From: a virus
Taxonomy: Duplodnaviria; Caudoviricetes
Direction: 5' to 3' (one strand)
DNA length: 27,240 bases
Virus record (IMG/VR): IMGVR_UViG_3300030059_002959
Span: 1 to 27,240 of that record
The notes beneath the pieces were generated by a model, which did no database searches, had not been told where the DNA came from, and saw only the letters and a list, made by a program, of their open reading frames with translations. Positions 24,389 to 27,240 of this stretch are shown piece after piece; the first letter of the stretch is position 1; the number at the start of each line of letters is the position of its first letter. The position numbers and the translations under genes are program-made.

Positions 24389-25210
24389 TTAAATTTTGTT
24401 ATTAAGTTCTGTTAGTATAGCATTATGTAATGCAGGTACTTCGGCTAATGCCATAGCTATTTTGAAATTTTCCTCAACATAAGGTTTCATTTCATCATAA
24501 GTATCAGCAGTAAGATTATTTACCTTATCTATTAAGTCTTCTAAATCATCAACAATAATCATTCCTCTTGTATCATAGATATTTTTAATGTTAGGACAAC
24601 CCCAGTATATAGGAATTGTTTTAGTTGCTATGCAATCATTAAGTTTTTCAGTAAACATGTTATCTCTATAAACATTTTCAATTGCAATATGGAATTGAGA
24701 ATTAAACATTTCATATTTAGTATCTCCTAAGATCATTGAAGGATCAACATTATCAATAAGCTTGCCTTTACTACTTGCATAAAACCTTTTAGGAATAGTT
24801 ATTTCTTTTTGTCTTTTCCATAAGTCACTTCTTAATAAGTGGCCTGGTAACATTTCTTTATTGCCAACAACAGTTGATACGCTAAATTCTTTTTTATTAA
24901 ATATACCACCACATTCTTTTGCAAAAGGAATGTTCCAACAATGAAACATCATATAATGTTTAATATTAGATTTACCTAAACTTAATAATGTTGGATCTGA
25001 TGTAAAAATAAAATCATAAGCATGATTATTGACAATAATATGTTGTTGCAAATGTGGAAATATTTCCTTAGGTTCATTTACCCATAGTATTTTTAAATTG
25101 TTATTAATGTTAACTTGAGTTGGCATAGCCTTATCGCAATAAATTTCTACTGCTACTGGAAATTCACCAATGTGCATTCCCCAACCGCCATGTATAATAG
25201 GTTTAATCAT
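24389..25210 (-). CDS. GT10-like (alpha-1,3-fucosyltransferase-type) glycosyltransferase
   Basis: FHIAIEN...FTEKLNDC...TIPIYWG signature. Confidence 0.8.
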   Translation of the reverse strand: MIKPIIHGGWGMHIGEFPVAVEIYCDKAMPTQVNINNNLKILWVNEPKEIFPHLQQHIIVNNHAYDFIFTSDPTLLSLGKSNIKHYMMFHCWNIPFAKECGGIFNKKEFSVSTVVGNKEMLPGHLLRSDLWKRQKEITIPKRFYASSKGKLIDNVDPSMILGDTKYEMFNSQFHIAIENVYRDNMFTEKLNDCIATKTIPIYWGCPNIKNIYDTRGMIIVDDLEDLIDKVNNLTADTYDEMKPYVEENFKIAMALAEVPALHNAILTELNNKI

Positions 25211-25213
25211 TTT

Positions 25214-26254
25214 CTAATTACTTAAAGGTGCTTTAATGGATGGATGAGAATTATAATTATGTAATTCATAGTTAAACTCTCCTTCTAATATATTTACTTC
25301 ACTTACTTCTAATTCAGGCAACATCATAGGTTCCTTTTTTAGTTGTTCTTTTGCTTGGTCTATATGATTAAGATATAAATGAGTATCTCCTAAGTTACCA
25401 ATTAATTGGTCAGGTACCATGTTTACTTCATTTCCTATTAACTTTAATAAAAGTGCATAACTTGCAATATTAAAAGGTAATCCTAAAAACACATCAACCG
25501 ATCTTTGGTTCCACATTAGTGATATCTTTCTTCTAGGAACATTTGCTTTATCTAAAAAAGCATGTTCTAATTTTTTAGTATAATGTATACTCTTATTTAA
25601 GATATGAGCATATTCTTCTTGTCTCTCCGATTCAGTTAATTCTGTTGTATAAATTTGAAAACCATAATGGCAAGGTGGAAGTTTCATATAAATTAAATCA
25701 GAAGCGTTCCAAGCATTTACCATTAGCCTTCTACTATCAGGATTTCTTTTTATCTCATTAATTAAATCTGCAATTTGATCAACACCTGGTGTTTTTACAT
25801 CTAAACCATTTCTATCATCTCCACCAAAGTCTCTCCATTGCTTTCCGTAAATAGGACCTAAGTTACCCCACTGATGAGCAAAATCTTTATCTTTTAATAT
25901 CTGTTGTTCAAAATCCTTAACATTAAGATAATTACTATCTACTTCCCATTGATGAGTTCTTTCATAAATCTTATAACAATCACCAGTCCATATATGACAA
26001 TTATTTTCTAAAAGATACTTAATGTTAGTATCACCTTTAAGCAACCATCTTAATTCAGTAATCATTGACTTGTAAGCAACCTTCTTTGTAGTTAACAAAG
26101 GAAATCCTTGAGTCATATCATGTCTGATAGTATAACCAAATATTGATTTTGTTCCAGTACCAGTCCTATCTTTCTTTTCTTTACCAAATTTAAGTACAGT
26201 TTCTAAGAGAGTTTGGTAATGCTCATCTATTGTTACATCATAATCATCTTTCAT
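25214..26254 (-). CDS. thyA: Thymidylate synthase ThyA
   Basis: DRTGTGT, FPLLTTKK, GPIYGKQWR, DSRR, LPPCH, QRSVDVFLGLPFN, DTHLY. Confidence 0.97.
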   Translation of the reverse strand: MKDDYDVTIDEHYQTLLETVLKFGKEKKDRTGTGTKSIFGYTIRHDMTQGFPLLTTKKVAYKSMITELRWLLKGDTNIKYLLENNCHIWTGDCYKIYERTHQWEVDSNYLNVKDFEQQILKDKDFAHQWGNLGPIYGKQWRDFGGDDRNGLDVKTPGVDQIADLINEIKRNPDSRRLMVNAWNASDLIYMKLPPCHYGFQIYTTELTESERQEEYAHILNKSIHYTKKLEHAFLDKANVPRRKISLMWNQRSVDVFLGLPFNIASYALLLKLIGNEVNMVPDQLIGNLGDTHLYLNHIDQAKEQLKKEPMMLPELEVSEVNILEGEFNYELHNYNSHPSIKAPLSN

Positions 26255-26292
26255 ATTCTAGTATTTAATATAATAATAACAAATTTTAGTTA

Positions 26293-26607
26293 TTATTGAA
26301 TGTATTCTGTTAGGTATTGTGAAATAAAATATGCAATCTTATATCCTCCAAAACCACCTAAGGCAGTTGGTATTGGAAATAAAATAAATTTAGCTAAACT
26401 TGTTGTATACTTAGGCCTGTTTATAACTTTACTAATATAAAAATAATGTATCATATAACCTATAAGTACTGCAATATCCATTCTTAATGCAATAAATGGA
26501 ACTATCATTGCTCCACTTAAACCAAAAAAGAAATTCTCCATTACGGCATAGCGTATTTCTTTTGGGTTTGCCTCTTTAAATTCTCTTCTTATCTTTTTAG
26601 TTGGCAT
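26293..26607 (-). CDS. Membrane protein
   Basis: About three hydrophobic segments; INRPKY motif. Confidence 0.65.
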   Translation of the reverse strand: MPTKKIRREFKEANPKEIRYAVMENFFFGLSGAMIVPFIALRMDIAVLIGYMIHYFYISKVINRPKYTTSLAKFILFPIPTALGGFGGYKIAYFISQYLTEYIQ

Positions 26608-27240
26608 TATTTTATTTTTATGTATTTTTCTATTTGATCATCAGTTAATTGCATAGGTAGAAATATAGGAGGATAAGAACCTTTTTGATAATAAGGTAAT
26701 ACCCTTCTCCTGTTATTTTCTAATTCAGTATGATCATTACTATGTTCATTAATACAATAATATTTTTCTATATTTTTATTTAAAATAATAGCTATATTTG
26801 TAACAGAGCTTATCCTACCTATAAAAATAGGAAGTTTAGCAAGCATATGAACATCTCTTAATACTTCATAACCATTATTAAGATCACTCCAATTTTTTAA
26901 TTGCTGAGAATCATAATCTAATTTAGGATTATCTAATCGTAAAATATTAAAAGAATGTATAGGAGGTAAGTTATCAATTGTATTTAAATATTCAATGTCT
27001 TTACTTGAATCACTGGCTATAAATATTTTATTAATATTTGGATTTTCTTTAATAACTTTATTAATTAAAATCACGTAATCATCTAATGTAGCTGCTCCCC
27101 AATAATTATGCTCTGAATTCATATCAGTCGTTCTTAAATGAATGGCTAATGTATTAGAATCTAAACCCCATTTTTTATAATGATAATTTACATCATCTAT
27201 TAATGAAGATTTCCAATTAAATAATACCTCACAAGCTTCT
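26607..27240 (-). CDS. GT11/GT23(NodZ)-like fucosyltransferase-fold glycosyltransferase; 5' partial
   Basis: The frame stays open upstream of the tracked Met to the window edge and contains AIHLRTTD (HxRxxD). It also has IFIASD and D..ML....FIG..S motifs. Confidence 0.75.
   Translation of the reverse strand, partial: EACEVLFNWKSSLIDDVNYHYKKWGLDSNTLAIHLRTTDMNSEHNYWGAATLDDYVILINKVIKENPNINKIFIASDSSKDIEYLNTIDNLPPIHSFNILRLDNPKLDYDSQQLKNWSDLNNGYEVLRDVHMLAKLPIFIGRISSVTNIAIILNKNIEKYYCINEHSNDHTELENNRRRVLPYYQKGSYPPIFLPMQLTDDQIEKYIKIK

Noticed and set aside
25214-26254. Intron or intein in thyA
   Set aside because: The frame is continuous and the extra segments are short insertions without intein or homing-endonuclease motifs.

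Overview
An AT-rich, gene-dense segment of what is most likely a large lytic dsDNA phage of a Bacteroidota (probably Flavobacteriia) host. Host clues are a Bacteroidota-type bS21, a T9SS type-B CTD protein, a lipobox lipoprotein and leaders without Shine-Dalgarno sequences. Almost all genes are on the minus strand. They include a partial collagen-repeat fibre protein, dCMP deaminase, two HAD phosphatases, ATP-dependent DNA ligase, two 2OG-Fe(II) oxygenases, DnaJ, a lysozyme-like protein, bS21, cyclophilin, a PspC-domain protein, a DUF932-like protein, a RadA-like ATPase, two fucosyltransferase-like enzymes, ThyA and three tRNAs (Pro, Gln, Arg). A three-gene plus-strand island carries T4-like capsid-targeting motifs. 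The non-coding DNA holds most of the interest. (1) A ~90-bp promoter cassette occurs 8 times, and 6 copies put AACGGAA just before the start codon. (2) The 3' UTR of the DUF932-like gene has a hairpin whose loop is the exact antisense (UUCCGUUU) of that motif, followed by a terminator, so it is a candidate sRNA controlling the early regulon. (3) Two compositionally odd, structured or repetitive non-coding islands (16.6-17.3 kb and 21.3-21.7 kb) bracket the promoter-dense block and may mark genome termini or an origin. All calls come from reading motifs by eye; no database search or folding program was run.
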